Program-made: the position numbers and the translations under genes | The notes under the pieces: generated by a model | What the model was told of the DNA's origin: nothing | Seen by the model: the letters and a program-made list of their open reading frames with translations, nothing else | Database searches by the model: none | Assembly: GCA_951406725.2 (NCBI GenBank) | Contig: OX597838.1 | Coordinates: 1,116,001-1,180,000, forward strand | DNA: 64,000 nucleotides | Origin: Octopus vulgaris | Lineage: Eukaryota | Direction: 5' to 3' | Shown: positions 40,736 through 53,530 of the stretch, piece by piece | Layout: each line of letters starts with the position of its first letter | Position numbering within the stretch: position 1 is the first letter of the stretch

Positions 40736-42678
40736 TATTGACAAAACAACATTATTTCATAACTGTTTGGTTTGTTTTAATGTTGTTGTTGTTGTTATGG
40801 TGGTCAGGTTGAATAGACATGTCTTTATTTTGTGTGTATGTGTTCTCTTTGTTGGATTTTAGATGGCGAAGGTTTCTAAGTATTTTTCAGAAACTGGATG
40901 TTATTTTTGCATGTTTGTGTAAAATGAACTTACCTAAGGTGTGTTAATTTTTGGGAAAAAAATTTTTATTGAATATTATGTTTTGGTTGGATTTCATTGG
41001 AAGGATATCAAGCCAACCATATAAAAGGAAAAACATTTCAGCAAGCACAGATCAGGGTAAAAAAAGGGGGGGGGGAATGAGACAGCCTGGCAGTTATTCC
41101 TATGTGTCTCCTCTACAGCAAGAAACCCATTAAAGATCTTCTTTCATACTTTAACCTCATCTCCTGGCATAGAGTGAACTCCCTCTCTTCTCTAGCACCA
41201 CTCACTTGAAATGTGTCCTAGTCTTGTGAGCTGCATGAAGACCTGATTAGAGCTGGTGCTATGAAAAAAAAAGCATCCAGTACACTTTGTGAAGTGGGTG
41301 ATGATAGGAATGGTATCCATTGGAACAGAACACAATCCTCTGATTTGTCAGGTGTTGTCAGATTGTCCAACCCATGCCACCATGGGAGATGGACTTAAGA
41401 AAGATGATGAGGATGACTGAAAATCATGATGACCACTAAAGTTTCTGTCTCCAAAACACTTGTATCTGTTGACAAGGAAATCTTATATTGGTTTCAAATT
41501 TTGGCACAACGCCAGCAGTTTTTATTTACGGGGGAGTGGGGGGGAACCTAAGTCAATTAAATCGCCCTTAGTGTTCCCTCGCCAGAAAGATGAAAGGCAC
41601 AGTTGACCTCACATGGGTCAGACAAAATTTATTAAGGCAGATTTTCCACAGTCGGGTGCTCTTCCTGTCACCAGCCTTTGACTTTTTCCAAGGTAAATAT
41701 TCCACCATGACTGGAAATGTTTCCACAGAACCTTGGAAACCACTTGCATGATGGTGGCACTCATTTACAGCAGCCGAGACAAGGAGGCAGTAACACACAC
41801 ACACACCCACATTACGTAAAGTAACTGGCACTCTGTCACTTATGGTGATGAGAAATTAATGTGCAAGTGGCTGAGTATTCCACAGACACATATACCATTA
41901 ATATAGTTTTCAGGAAGATTCACTGTGATACTGAATGTTACAAGGCTGGCCCTTTTAAATACAGGTACAACACATTTTTGTCAGCTGAGTGGACTGGAGC
42001 TCAAGGGCGCAATGCACCACCAGGAATTGAAATTATGATCTTACAATCATGTGCCAAACACCCTACCACTAAGCCACGGTCTCATAGTAGAAGACATTTG
42101 CCCAAGGTGCCATGCAATGGGACTGAACCCAAAGCCATGTGCTTGCGAAGCAAACGTCTTACAACACAGCCATGTCTGCTTCTATACATGACCTCACAGT
42201 CATGCTTCTTGCTTCAGAAATGCCATAGAATTATTGGTTCTTTTTATTTCATTCCCTGTTTCAGCCAATCCCAGCACTGTGCTATTTCCCTCATTGAATC
42301 TATTGAACCATCTTCTCTAATCAGAACCATTTACGTGTTTGATTTACATTCCAAAACAACATTACTCACACGGAAATCCTTTAACTTGTTTCCCTCAACA
42401 TAGCAACAACAACTGCAATAATTAATTTCAACCACTTTTGTTTATTTATTCATTTTTGGTTTTTAATTTCTTTCTAAAACTATTTTAAGGAAAATTTCTA
42501 TTTGACCCCTTCTTTGAATACAATCCCACCTAAAATAAAAAGAAACAAAAAAAACAAAAAAAACCCCTAGATTTTCTAAATAATTGAACTGTTGACTCTG
42601 TCACACTTTCTTCAAACTCATTTTTGTGATTTCTTTAAACACTGTTTGCAGTTGGTTCTTGTTTTGTTTGTTCTGCAG

Positions 42679-42838
42679 GTTAATGTGAGTGGCGTGGCCA
42701 CCACAGCCAATAAGAAGGAAAGACCTACAGAGAAAGCACTCAGTCCCATCAACCCCATCTTTACAACTTTTATCAAAGAACTGAAAAATAACTACTCGAA
42801 GTACAAAGAGAAATTTCATATCATCTGTGAAGTTTATG
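42679..42838 (+). CDS. SPATA22: SPATA22 exon (VNVSGVATT...FHIICEVY), start of the C-terminal OB-like domain
   Basis: CTGCAG acceptor, G|GTAAGT donor; phase 0 to phase 1. IICEVY aligns with human LLFEVL. Confidence 0.88.
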
Positions 42839-43458
42839 GTAAGTAAATATTGACTTAGTTTTTATTTGAAGGAAAATCCTGTTCGTTATCTCAGCTTTTG
42901 TTAGGAGTCAGTTTGATTTGAACTATATCTCTCCCTACCCTTACACTTTACGAGAGAGTTCTGTAAGGAATGAACACCTTCTGATCACCAATGCAATGTC
43001 CAGCCTGGTATTGAGTGGGTGGTCAGGGTGGGGTTTCAGTGTTGCAGGGGCAAGTAGAAAAAGAAGATACATCCTCACCCACACATTTACACCCTAACCA
43101 TTGAAATAGGACAAGAATAACAACTACTCGTTGTCATTTAACCCCGATCCCCTGCACTGCACCTGGTTCATCTCTGATCTAGGAGACCTATGATCAAAGA
43201 CAGTCCAGCTGTGATATTCCTGCCATTTTATTTTTCTAACATAATTTACCTAGACGACATATCCAAATAGTAGAGTGTGGTTTAACTGCTATTTCTAGCA
43301 GATTGAGTGACTTTGTAGAGATTCACTTCTGTTGGGGCACAGGACAACTATCGAATAGAATTGGTTTGTAGTGAAGAAGGGGAGATGAACTGTTATTGTT
43401 GGTTTCATTTGAAGATTTGGTGAAATTAGTGAAAAGATTCTTTTATTACAATATAAAG

Positions 43459-43700
43459 CAGTGGCTCCCAACCGGAGTCCATATGGCCCTTAGTAGGGTG
43501 GAGGTTGGTGGGGGTGGGATCCACATAAGATTTTGTTGCTAAAGTTTATCTGCAATTAATTGGTCTTATTTCTACAAAATGTTTAATTATAAAAGCATAA
43601 TGGAATTTTTAAAACATCAAGTGGTTATGGGGTTTTAGAAGAGTAAAATAGGAACGAAAGGGGTCCATAGGTGAAAAAGAAAAAGGGTTGAGAACGACTG
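43459..43700. mobile_element. hAT-type MITE
   Basis: TIRs CAGTGGCTCCCAACC and GGTTGAGAACGACTG. A copy in the opposite orientation lies at 12812-13074. Confidence 0.7.
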
Positions 43701-45005
43701 CTGTAGGGAGAGGTCTGTGGATGCCTACTGGTGCCTCAGGTTCCCACTTCTTTTTGCTGTGCCTCTTGCTTCCTATTGTTCATTGTGCCCCTGTTCACTG
43801 CTGTTCTGACAAACCAACTATGGAACCTCTATGTGGTTGCTTGGTCTGCTGAAAACAGAAGCAATGTCTCCCAAATCACATCTTAGTCATGAAACAGGAC
43901 AGACATATTGGACAACATAATCTGAGATGAACTAAGTGTAAATAGACAGGATGGTCATGGCTGTAATGCCTTTAGCCATTGGTCTGTTGGTTCAGTGCTG
44001 ACCTACGGCTAAACAACAACAACACCTATTTTATGTTACACCTTTTGTTTGTAACCATGGAGACTGGTCGTTCTCACTTATACTACTACCACCTTCCTAT
44101 CTCCATTACTTATACTAGCACATTAACATGTTCACCATTACACTACATTATGTAACACTGTTACAAGGAAAATGTTTCAATTTCTCTCAATCAGTAGAAA
44201 CAAACCCAGTCAGTAGTGGTGGTCATTTGGTGTAAGATTGGTTAAAGTTGTAATAACAGTGTAGCTATTTCAGTTCTCTTTTCCTAACAATTCACAGCTA
44301 AATTATCTCAAGTTCTTTGTAATTATCCCTGTTTTATATGGTAAATTAATATACTACCTAACACCCCACCCCTACAACAGCATAATGATGTTATTGCTGT
44401 CTCACTTAGTCTATCAATTGTGCTCTTTGTTCAACTGTTCCCCATTTTTCACCTGCATCTGTTCCTTATTCATGCCCTCCACCCATGTAATTCAGACAAT
44501 CCAGTTTATATTGAAATTCTTTAAAAATTTATCTTATCCCTCTACGGTTTTAACTAAGTAATGTCTTCAATGTTTAACTGAAATATATCCCCCCATTAGA
44601 TAAACGGAATTATATTTCAATTAATGATTCATCATTTCAGCTGCTGACCTCTCTCTCCCCCCATTTTATAACAGTTTGTTTTAGTTATTCCTAACCCCAT
44701 ATGCCATTCCTTCATCTTTTCCTCAACTCATCTTAATTTCTCTTTCAATCCTTGGAGAGACTCATTAATTTATCAAAGTGCTTTAGCACAGACTTTCTGC
44801 AAACAACCATATCTAATGTCTTGTGTTTCTCCCAGCAACTGAAGGATTTTAATTATGTAAGGCAGTGCAGCAGTAAGGTTGAATTAATGAAGGCATCTCA
44901 TTAAGTACTGTTCTTACTTGCCATGTTCCACTTTGAACTTTGCCTTCAAGTTATCTCTGTCTTAATTTTATTTCAGTATTCTCTAATTAATACACACAAC
45001 TTTAG

Positions 45006-45238
45006 GGTGGTGAGCTGGCGGAATCGTTAGCATGCCAGGCAAAATGCTTAGCAGTATTTTGTCTGCTGTTACGTTCTGAGTTCAAATTCCGCTGAGGTCG
45101 GCTTTGCTTTTCATCCTTTTGGGGGGGTCGATTAAATAAGTACCAGTTACACACTGGTGTCGATGTAATCGACTTAATCCCTTTGTCTGTCCTTGTTTGT
45201 CCCCTCTGTGTTTAGCCCCCTGTGGGCAATAAAGAAAT
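45006..45238 (+). mobile_element. tRNA-derived SINE family B
   Basis: GAGCTGGCGGAATCGTTAGC...GAGTTCAAATTCC...TTTCATCCTTT...AAGTACCAG. Other copies near 17490-17640(-), 19520-19710(-) and 35140-35500(-). Confidence 0.85.
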
Positions 45239-46462
45239 CAATATCTACAACTTTTTTAGTTTCTAGCAGGGACCTTTGCCCATTTATGCTGCATTGGCAA
45301 GCTTTCCAGCTTCTAATTCTTAAAGCTGAATCATTTCCAGCTAAACTGATACCTAAGTGCTAATTAATCTGAATTACTGAACACTTACACTAACGAGCTT
45401 GACATGAGCTGCATTTATTACTAGGGATTATCACTGAGTGGAAGATTTTTCTTAGACTTCAGACCACTAAGCCTACCTGAAACCACTTCCACACATGAAG
45501 AATATCCAGCAGCCATAAATACCTATTGTCTGTTGTTGCACTTTGAATCTTTCTGCAGCACTGGAGCATCGGTAATGGCTGATGCTTTTATGTCGTTTAG
45601 TATCTTCGTCAGTGCTGCAATTAGTGACATTTAGTAGCCTTGGCAGTGCTGTAATTTGAAGCAACAGCAGGACACCAATTCCCTGTCTTGAAGCCACTCA
45701 ACATTTTGCTATTTACAATGTATCTGTCTATATGTTTATATATATATATATATATTTAGATAGATAGATAGATATACACACACACATACAAATGTATGTA
45801 TATGTATCTGTGTTGGCTCCATTTCTTCACTATTGATACACAAAGGAAATGAAATCTGAAACGTATGATCAGCTGTATGGTCAGTCCATCAATGATAATT
45901 GACTTTCTAATCTCTTCTATTGAGGTTAATCAATTTTTGATGTTTGTTCTGTAAGTATTGTCGAAACGATCTGCTGGCTTCTCCTTTGCATTGCCAACAA
46001 ATTATGATGAAGATGTCAGTTCATTAAGTTTTACATAGATGATGATGATGATGGTGATAGTGGTGGTGATATTGGCACAACTGGTAAAGAGTCAAGTTCA
46101 ATGATTGACATGGATATAGCACAGTGTCTCAGGTTTTATCAAGTTAGTCAACTCTCCTTCAAATCGTGTTACTGTAGCCTTACAAACGGGGACTAGGTGT
46201 ACTCAACCGGGCCTAATATAGGCTAAACACAACAAAGACTACAATAACCACTACAAACCGTTTTGTTGTCATGGAGAACATGGAAATAAAAAAACAATAA
46301 AGGAAAGCAACCAAATAGTTCAGAGAGATGAGGGGTGGTTGAAGTGATTGACTTTAAGGTTTTGGGTTCAAATCCTGGTGCTGTTATTATAAAATTCATT
46401 TGACATATCTCAACCCTGCCACAGTTAAACGTAACACATCTATTGCTACATGTGTTCTTTAA

Positions 46463-46677
46463 CTCTTTAGCATTTAAACAGGCCACATCCGACCCAAATA
46501 TCCTACCGATTTCAAACTGGCCAGATCTAGCCTCTCACACCTACCCTACAATGTCATTTTTAAAATATACACCCATATCATCAAAATTTCAAAGCTATGA
46601 GAGAATGTATGATTAATTTCCAAACAATATGAATAATTATGCATTACATTTGACTGAGCGACCTGAAAGCTGAAGGG
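46463..46677. mobile_element. Second copy of the TTAA-flanked MITE
   Basis: TTAA|CTCTTTAGCATT...GCTGAAGGG|TTAG; the internal sequence matches 27513-27738. Confidence 0.7.
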
Positions 46678-46776
46678 TTAGGCTTTCTTCTATGACTAAC
46701 AGTTGGAATTGATATGGATCAAGAGATTAGCAGGAGACAAGAGTACTTTTACATTTGTGTATGTTACTATATTCAT

Positions 46777-47090
46777 TCTCCTGCTAATAATCTTAAATAC
46801 TCCTCTTTTTTACTAATCTCTTAAATACTCTTCCCCCTTATTAATCTCTTAAATACTCCCCTCTACTGCTAATCTGTTAAATACTCCTCTTTCCTGCTAA
46901 TCTCTTAAATATTCCTCTCTACTGCTAATATCAAAATACTCCTCTCTCCTGCTAATCCCTTAGATACTCTTCTCTCCTGCTAATCTCTTAAATACTCCTC
47001 TCTCTTGCTGATATCTTAAATACTCCTCTCTACTGCTAATCTCTTAAATACTCCTCCTTGCTGTTAATATCTTAATATACTCCTTTCTGT
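46777..47090 (+). repeat. Minisatellite, about 11 copies of a 28-nt unit (TCCTCTCTCCTGCTAATCTCTTAAATAC)
   Basis: Units read directly; the array ends immediately before the acceptor at 47096-47097. Confidence 0.95.
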
Positions 47091-47097
47091 ATTGTAG

Positions 47098-47198
47098 GTG
47101 TGCTGGATTCTGCCGTTCTTCCTGACCGAAACCTGTCTGGCAGACAGTTCTTACTCCGTGACAATTCGGATTCTATAGAATGTGTCTTCTACGAAATT
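47098..47198 (+). CDS. SPATA22: SPATA22 exon (GVLDSAVLPDRNLSGRQFLLRDNSDSIECVFYEI)
   Basis: TTGTAG acceptor, GTGAGT donor. Close match to human AVLDSAVTPGPYYSKTFLMRDGKNTLPCVFYEI (recalled). Confidence 0.95.
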
Positions 47199-48707
47199 GT
47201 GAGTAGTTTTTGTTGCTGGACTGTGGGGAGTGACGGGTAGGGGGGAGGTTAGCAATGGGTTCAGTGAGGAGGTGGGGTGGGGGTCAGTAATGGAAAAAGG
47301 GGCTCAATGTCCACCACTACTATTACCACCACCACCACCACCACCGTTTCCATCACTATCAGTATAAACTGATATCTCAGAAGACTGAGATATGATGAAA
47401 GATAGTTTTGTGTGTGTGTATATGCATATGTATGTGTGTTTGTGTGTAATGTGTGTGTGTATAATGTGTATGTTTTATGTGTATATACAGATGTGTGTGT
47501 ATGTACATATATGCATGCGTGTATTATGTGTATGTGTGCTTGTGTATGTTATGTGAAAAAAATAACCAGTTACAGTAGCAACTTCTGAGTCTATGATGAT
47601 CACCATGATGATGATGATGATGATGGTGTTGGTGGTGGTGTTGGTGGTGGTGTATTGTCACTACAGTAGTAGTGATAGTCGTGATTACCAGCTGAAAGGG
47701 ACACATGTCTTTGTTGATACACTGGAATTGAAACCCTGAAGCTCAGGGTTACATTGGGAACCACACACACACACAGGTGGCTTGGGAGATGTAGGGTTCA
47801 CATGTGAACAAGAAGTAAATCTTCTTTCTCTCCCTCCACCCCACCCCACCGCCACCGCCACCACCTCCAGCCTTGAAACTGAGAGTATCTGCCAAAGCAG
47901 TACTCTGTGTCAACAGGCTGATGATACTCAGTGTGTAATTATATTTATTGTGTTCGTTAACATTAAGAGCTTATATTTTTAATAAGCACATCATCTATTA
48001 TGTGACATTTCATACACATCTATGTTTGTTTGTTACCTTGACAACCATGTGATCATATCCTGGCCTCCCAATCAGACTCTCAACTGCTAAATATCATTAC
48101 ATGTTGTCATCACATCTCAACACTTCACTGAAGATGAAGATCATACTATTTATCTTTCTAGTGATGATGATGATGATGATGATGAAGCTGCTAGTGCTGT
48201 TGTTTAACCCCAGGCCTGCTGTAATTCAGCAGCATCCCAATTGTGACCAAATCCTACTTTTTCTTTATTTTCCTAAATACAATAACATATGAGCCAAAGG
48301 AAATTTGACTGCTATTTCTGGCAGGTCAAACAACCATGAAGAGGTTCCTTTGTTGACTCTTTGACAATAATGATGATGATGATTTCCTCTCCTTCCTCAT
48401 CCAGCCATGTCTCATATCAACAAACCGGGTGTTTATACTATCACACTCTCACACACACCATTATAAAACCCATCAGTGTATTTGTCTGTGAAGGGGGAGG
48501 AGACATTACAAACACATCAGCTCTCCTCTCCCCATTGTATCCACCCCCACCCAACCTGCCACTACATCTCTGTCTCCCCACCTCACTGTCAACACCCCAC
48601 CCCTATATCAATGTTGATCATCAACAGAATGGGATAAAAACTATAATTCAATGACATTATATGTGATAGAAATCAATAAGTTTGTATCAATATTATGGAG
48701 GTCAGTG

Positions 48708-48753
<46 letters not shown>

Positions 48754-49135
48754 ATTATGCCCTTATTGTTGTACATGTGTGTCCAGTGGAGTTTTAGTAT
48801 TGTTTTATGAGTGTGTGTGCATTTGTGCGACTTTTCTGCTGCTGTTTCTGTGTGTGCACATTTATGTAGGTATTTTACTGTTCCTGTGTGTGTGTGTGTG
48901 TGTGTGTGGACACATGCATTATAAAGTTTTACATTATATATTAATGATACAGACAAGGTTGTCATTTGTTATGCATCCTGGATTATATAATCTGTGTAGG
49001 TTTTAATGAGAGGGGGCAAAGCCCATGGTATTTGCTGGTCATTGGTGGGGAGGGAGCAGGAGTGTGGTTCCATTGTTAAAGACACACTAGAACCGAGAGA
49101 GGATATCAAACCAAGTCACCTATTGGAGCTACCAA

Positions 49136-49167
<32 letters not shown>

Positions 49168-50789
49168 TCAGAAGCAGTTCCATTACAGGTTGATAGAAAC
49201 CTGCTATTTGTAACCAATGCAACCTTTCATAGTCAAGTGGTCAGCAACCAAACTAGTCCTCTTCTGGCCTTTCCCTATGAGAAGGGTTGGTGAGAAAGAC
49301 CTATCAAAGATAGATAAGCCTCTTTAGATGGGGATGGGTGCCACTAGGACTACAAAACTGAAGGAAACACTTACATGAAAGTTCTACTAGCATTTAATTG
49401 CAATTAGCCTAATTAATTAACAAGAAAAATAAATATGGGTGAATGGGTCATAAAAACGCCCCTTATATAATAGTTTGATGAAAATATTTAATGAGATGGG
49501 AACGAATTCTGGTTTCTGACTGCCTTCCTGTTCTTTTGTTTAGTAGATGGTTGTGGTGGTAGTGGTGGTGGTGGTAAGGAGTTTATGTATGAAGGGGTTA
49601 ATGTTTGTGAGACAATAAGGGAGTCTATACATGGTTGTCGAGTTTTCTAGAAATAGCTGTCAAAAGCACTCACTCAGATCACCTCTGTCTTAAAATAGGA
49701 TACACTGGATATTGTAGTGCTAGTTACACTATATCTGAATAAAAACAGGTGGAGTGGTCATAGCTAGAATGTCTTTGATCATAGATCTGTTTGAACTTGG
49801 TTAGACTGACACTTGACAACAACAACAACAACATTAATGTTGAATTTGTCAGTGTTTTTTTTTTTATCCCCAGGTCAACTGTGGTCAAGCTGACCTATAT
49901 TCAAAAGTAATCCAAGCATGACTATCCTGTAATTTTCAAGACATTGTAGGATTGCATTGCCTAAAGTGTTCTCTTCTTATTTAAAGTAAAAGGGTATAAT
50001 TTGACGACTGCTATTTCTAGCAGGTTCAGCACTGTCCTTCCCTATTTTGGAAGGAATAATAACAAATGAAACAAAACAATACCAGTTCAGTTCCAATTTA
50101 TCACTTTTGAATTATTGTCACACACACACACACGCGCTCCCCCCCTGTCACCACTAGCTGTATATTATTGTTAATTACTTCTACAATGTTTGATCTTCAT
50201 CTTCTGTTTGATGTCGTTAGCTACTTCACTTCAATGATGTTCACCAACCAGGTGTATGATATAGTGAACTAGTTCACTACAATGTTTGATGTTCACTAGC
50301 ATACAGTATAGTCAAGTAGTTTATTATAATAAATCAAACAATAACTCCTAAATCTTTGTATTACTTTTTACCTCTGCTGGTTATTACTAGTTCCCTTGAA
50401 CTGGACTGTTTTACTAATTTGTTTCAGTGTTTGATGTCCACCTTGTACACAGCATAATCCCCTTTCACACTGAACACTATCTATAGGCACACACACACAC
50501 ACACAATAGACTCTCTCTACCACAAACATTGGCATGTTGTAGCTGATTGCTGAGGAAAGCAATTTTAGTCGAGTGGCTTAGGAATGATGATGGAAACAAG
50601 AAAAAGCTTATTTTAAGTTTAGAATTACTGGAAGAGTTGAGTTTCGACTGACAGTTCAATAAATCTTGGTCAGGAATAGTTGCTGAGTTTGTTTGGTGGA
50701 TTATCAATAAATCTAAAGTGGTTTATAACAGTCAGTAATTTATCGGAAAATACATCTAACATTCAATGTTGGCAACATTAGACAGCAAG

Positions 50790-50835
<46 letters not shown>

Positions 50836-50954
50836 GAGAGAGAGAGAATGATGGATGCGTTTTCTCTGTGATTTCTCTCCATTGTCTCCTAGTTTCTTGT
50901 TACAATAAATTCTTATTCTTATATTGTTTGTTTCTCTTTCTTCTAAATTTCCAG

Positions 50955-50995
50955 GATAGGATGTTACCACGACTGACTCGTGGTCATTGGCTGAG
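50955..50995 (+). CDS. SPATA22: SPATA22 41-nt exon (DRMLPRLTRGHWLR)
   Basis: TTTCCAG acceptor, AG|GTAAGT donor. Matches human DRELPRLIRGRVHR. Confidence 0.95.
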
Positions 50996-52208
50996 GTAAG
51001 TGTTTTAACTGTTGCACTATTGACCACAACCTTATTATAACCATTCAATTCTGATATTGGCAGCAGGAGATGGAATCAGAATTTGATAAACTGAGACTGA
51101 TGTCTTCTCTCAGATTTCTTCAAGAGAGAAGAAACTATGGTTCGGAATCCCTGATGACTTCTTGGCGTCATTTGTGCTTTAAGGGGCCAATCGGACTCAA
51201 CTATCATTGTACCAGACACAGTAGTAGAGTTGATTAAATTAACTCCAGGGCTTGGCTCTACAAGGAGGAGGAAAACTGAAGTGGATTTTAACAAGATTTG
51301 AACTCAGAATATAACAGTCACTAACTATCACAAATCATTTTCTTCAATTCTCCAATAAATCTATTGATCTGCTGAACTTGCTTCTAATATAATGTCCACT
51401 GTTCCATCAGTTCTCTCGCTTCCCTAACCTTTCCTACAATTATTGTGATGTGTCTGTACTTGTTTAGTTTGACCAGCAAAACAGGTTTCTTTCTATTTGC
51501 AGTCCTTCACGGGTCACTGGTCACCAGTGAGAAAGAAGAGTTGGAGACAGCACCAGCCAACTATGTCCTCATGTCAAACAGGCAAACTGGTTAACCTATC
51601 TCTGGTGATTCTAAATGGTTCCATAGTAGATTTGGTTCTCTCTAACATTGGTTAGATTGGATTTCGGTGTCTTCAATGAATGTCGTTAGAGGACATTAAG
51701 TCTTTGTAAAATCTATGGTAAACACAGTCTCATTGGTATAATAATAATAATAAAATATTCCACTCTATTTGGTATTTTTTAGATTTCTTGTAGAAACTAT
51801 TTCATGTTGGCCACATTAAGGTAAAGCATGAAGGTCACAACATTGCTCTAATGTTACAAATTTCTTTCATAAAACAATTGACTTTGAGAATTGTGATAGA
51901 TTTGTCTAAAATGGAATGAAGACAATCCCATCTGGTTGTTTCTGTTTACTCTCCAGTCAGCCATGTTTGAACTAAGAAAATATTTGCCAATTGTACAGGT
52001 TTTATTGGTAGAAAAAAACTTTATATTGTACTTTGTCATGACAACTATCATGACTATTGATGAGATAATATAAATGGTTAACTCTTCTCCAGAACCCTCC
52101 ACCATTTGTGACCACGTCTTTAAGACTATATTTCATACCATACAACCGGTCAAGTGAAACACCATTCAACGACCTCCTTACTTTTTTTTTAGTTGATTTG
52201 TAGTTGTA

Positions 52209-52620
52209 GGTGCAGGCGTGGCTGTGTGGTAAGAAGTTTGCTTCCCAACCGCATGGTTTGGTTCTGAGTTCAGTCCCACTGTGTGGCACCTTGGGCAAGT
52301 GCCTTCTACTATAGCCTCGGACCAACCAAAGCTTTGTGAGTAGATTTGGTAGACAAAAACTGAAAGAAGACGGTCGTGTGTGTGTGTGTATCTGTGTTTG
52401 TTTGTTTGTTTGTGTGTGTGTGAGTGTGTTTGTATTTGTCCCCTACCACCATTTGACAACCAGTGTTGGTGTGTTTATTTTCCCATAACTTAGTAGTTTG
52501 GCAAAAGTGACTGATAAAATAAAATAAATCCTGGGATTGATTCATTTGGCTAAAAATTCTTCAAGGCAATGCCCCAGCATGGCCACAGTCTAATGAGTGA
52601 AACAAGTAAAAGATAAAAGA
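52209..52620 (+). mobile_element. tRNA-derived SINE family A, near full length
   Basis: A box TGGCTGTGTGG, B box GTTCAGTCC, ACCTTGGGCAAGT core, internal (TG)n, AAGTAAAAGA tail. Other copies near 445-565(-), 9180-9350, 22360-22690, 25180-25560, 28000-28220, 42080-42180(-) and 59850-59975(-). Confidence 0.85.
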
Positions 52621-53149
52621 TGTTCATTGTTATTTAATTACAAGTGAGATCTTTGCAAACATCTGCCTCGTCAGTGTAGTTAAGATTAAATTGCTTTTAC
52701 TGTTGCAGCAGTGAAAAGAAGTATCAACTTTGTGTTTTGAAAGTTAACGAGATGCGTTAGTGTTGCCAGTTGTTGTGTGAAGGCGAACAATCACAGTATT
52801 GAGCCACTTCCACTGTTGTTCTGCTGTCCATAGCAAACCTGTTTGTGTTCTCTCTTCACCGAACATAATATAATGAAGATGTCTTTTACATGCTTCAACT
52901 ACTTGATACTGCTTTCTGGATGTCACTACACTTGAAACAACTGTCCACTTCAAATTTCAGGAAGCTCTATACATCTCACTTGCAGTATTTATTAATGCCA
53001 GGCCAGGCTGCTGGCTCTCGGCATAATAACTGTAGCATTATTGCGTGTGTGTGTGTGTGTGTGTGTGTCTATAGTTTCATGTTTAGTAGTTGTGTATTGT
53101 ATTTAGTTATTTTTCTTTTTTTCCACATCTGCTTGGTGTAGAGGAAGGG

Positions 53150-53530
53150 ATGATTATAATTATGCCCTTCACAGACCCTCCTAAACCAGTGAGATTGATA
53201 CTGTTAGTTTCCCTTTTGAACTTTTATAAGTTAACAGCTACAAAAGAGACATGTGCTGGGAGAGAGTTCCAGAGGAACAATGTTTTTGAGGAAGAAGGGT
53301 TGACCGTTGTGATTAGTGTAGGGCCTGACAGGGTCGAGTACAACAAGGGTGATGAGAGGAGGAGATTTGATTCAGATGGGAAGACCTGAGTGCAAGTGGC
53401 ATGGACGCAACCAATTCCAAGGAGCAGAGAGAGGAGTCAGCACACCAGAGGTTAGAGTGTGTTTGTGAAGGACTTTATGCTAATCAGTCAGGTGGTCCTT
53501 TTCTGAATGTGCATCAGAAGCCTCTTCAAC
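53150..53530 (-). mobile_element. CR1/Jockey-like LINE 3' fragment
   Basis: Minus strand reads IQKRT...LWNSLPAHV..VNL*KFKRETN, typical of CR1-group ORF2 ends. Confidence 0.5.

Noticed and set aside
46777-47090. CRISPR-like 28-nt periodicity
   Set aside because: Head-to-tail units without unique spacers in a eukaryotic intron; it is a minisatellite.
52209-52290. tRNA-like A and B boxes
   Set aside because: These are SINE heads continuing into the SINE body, with no complete cloverleaf.
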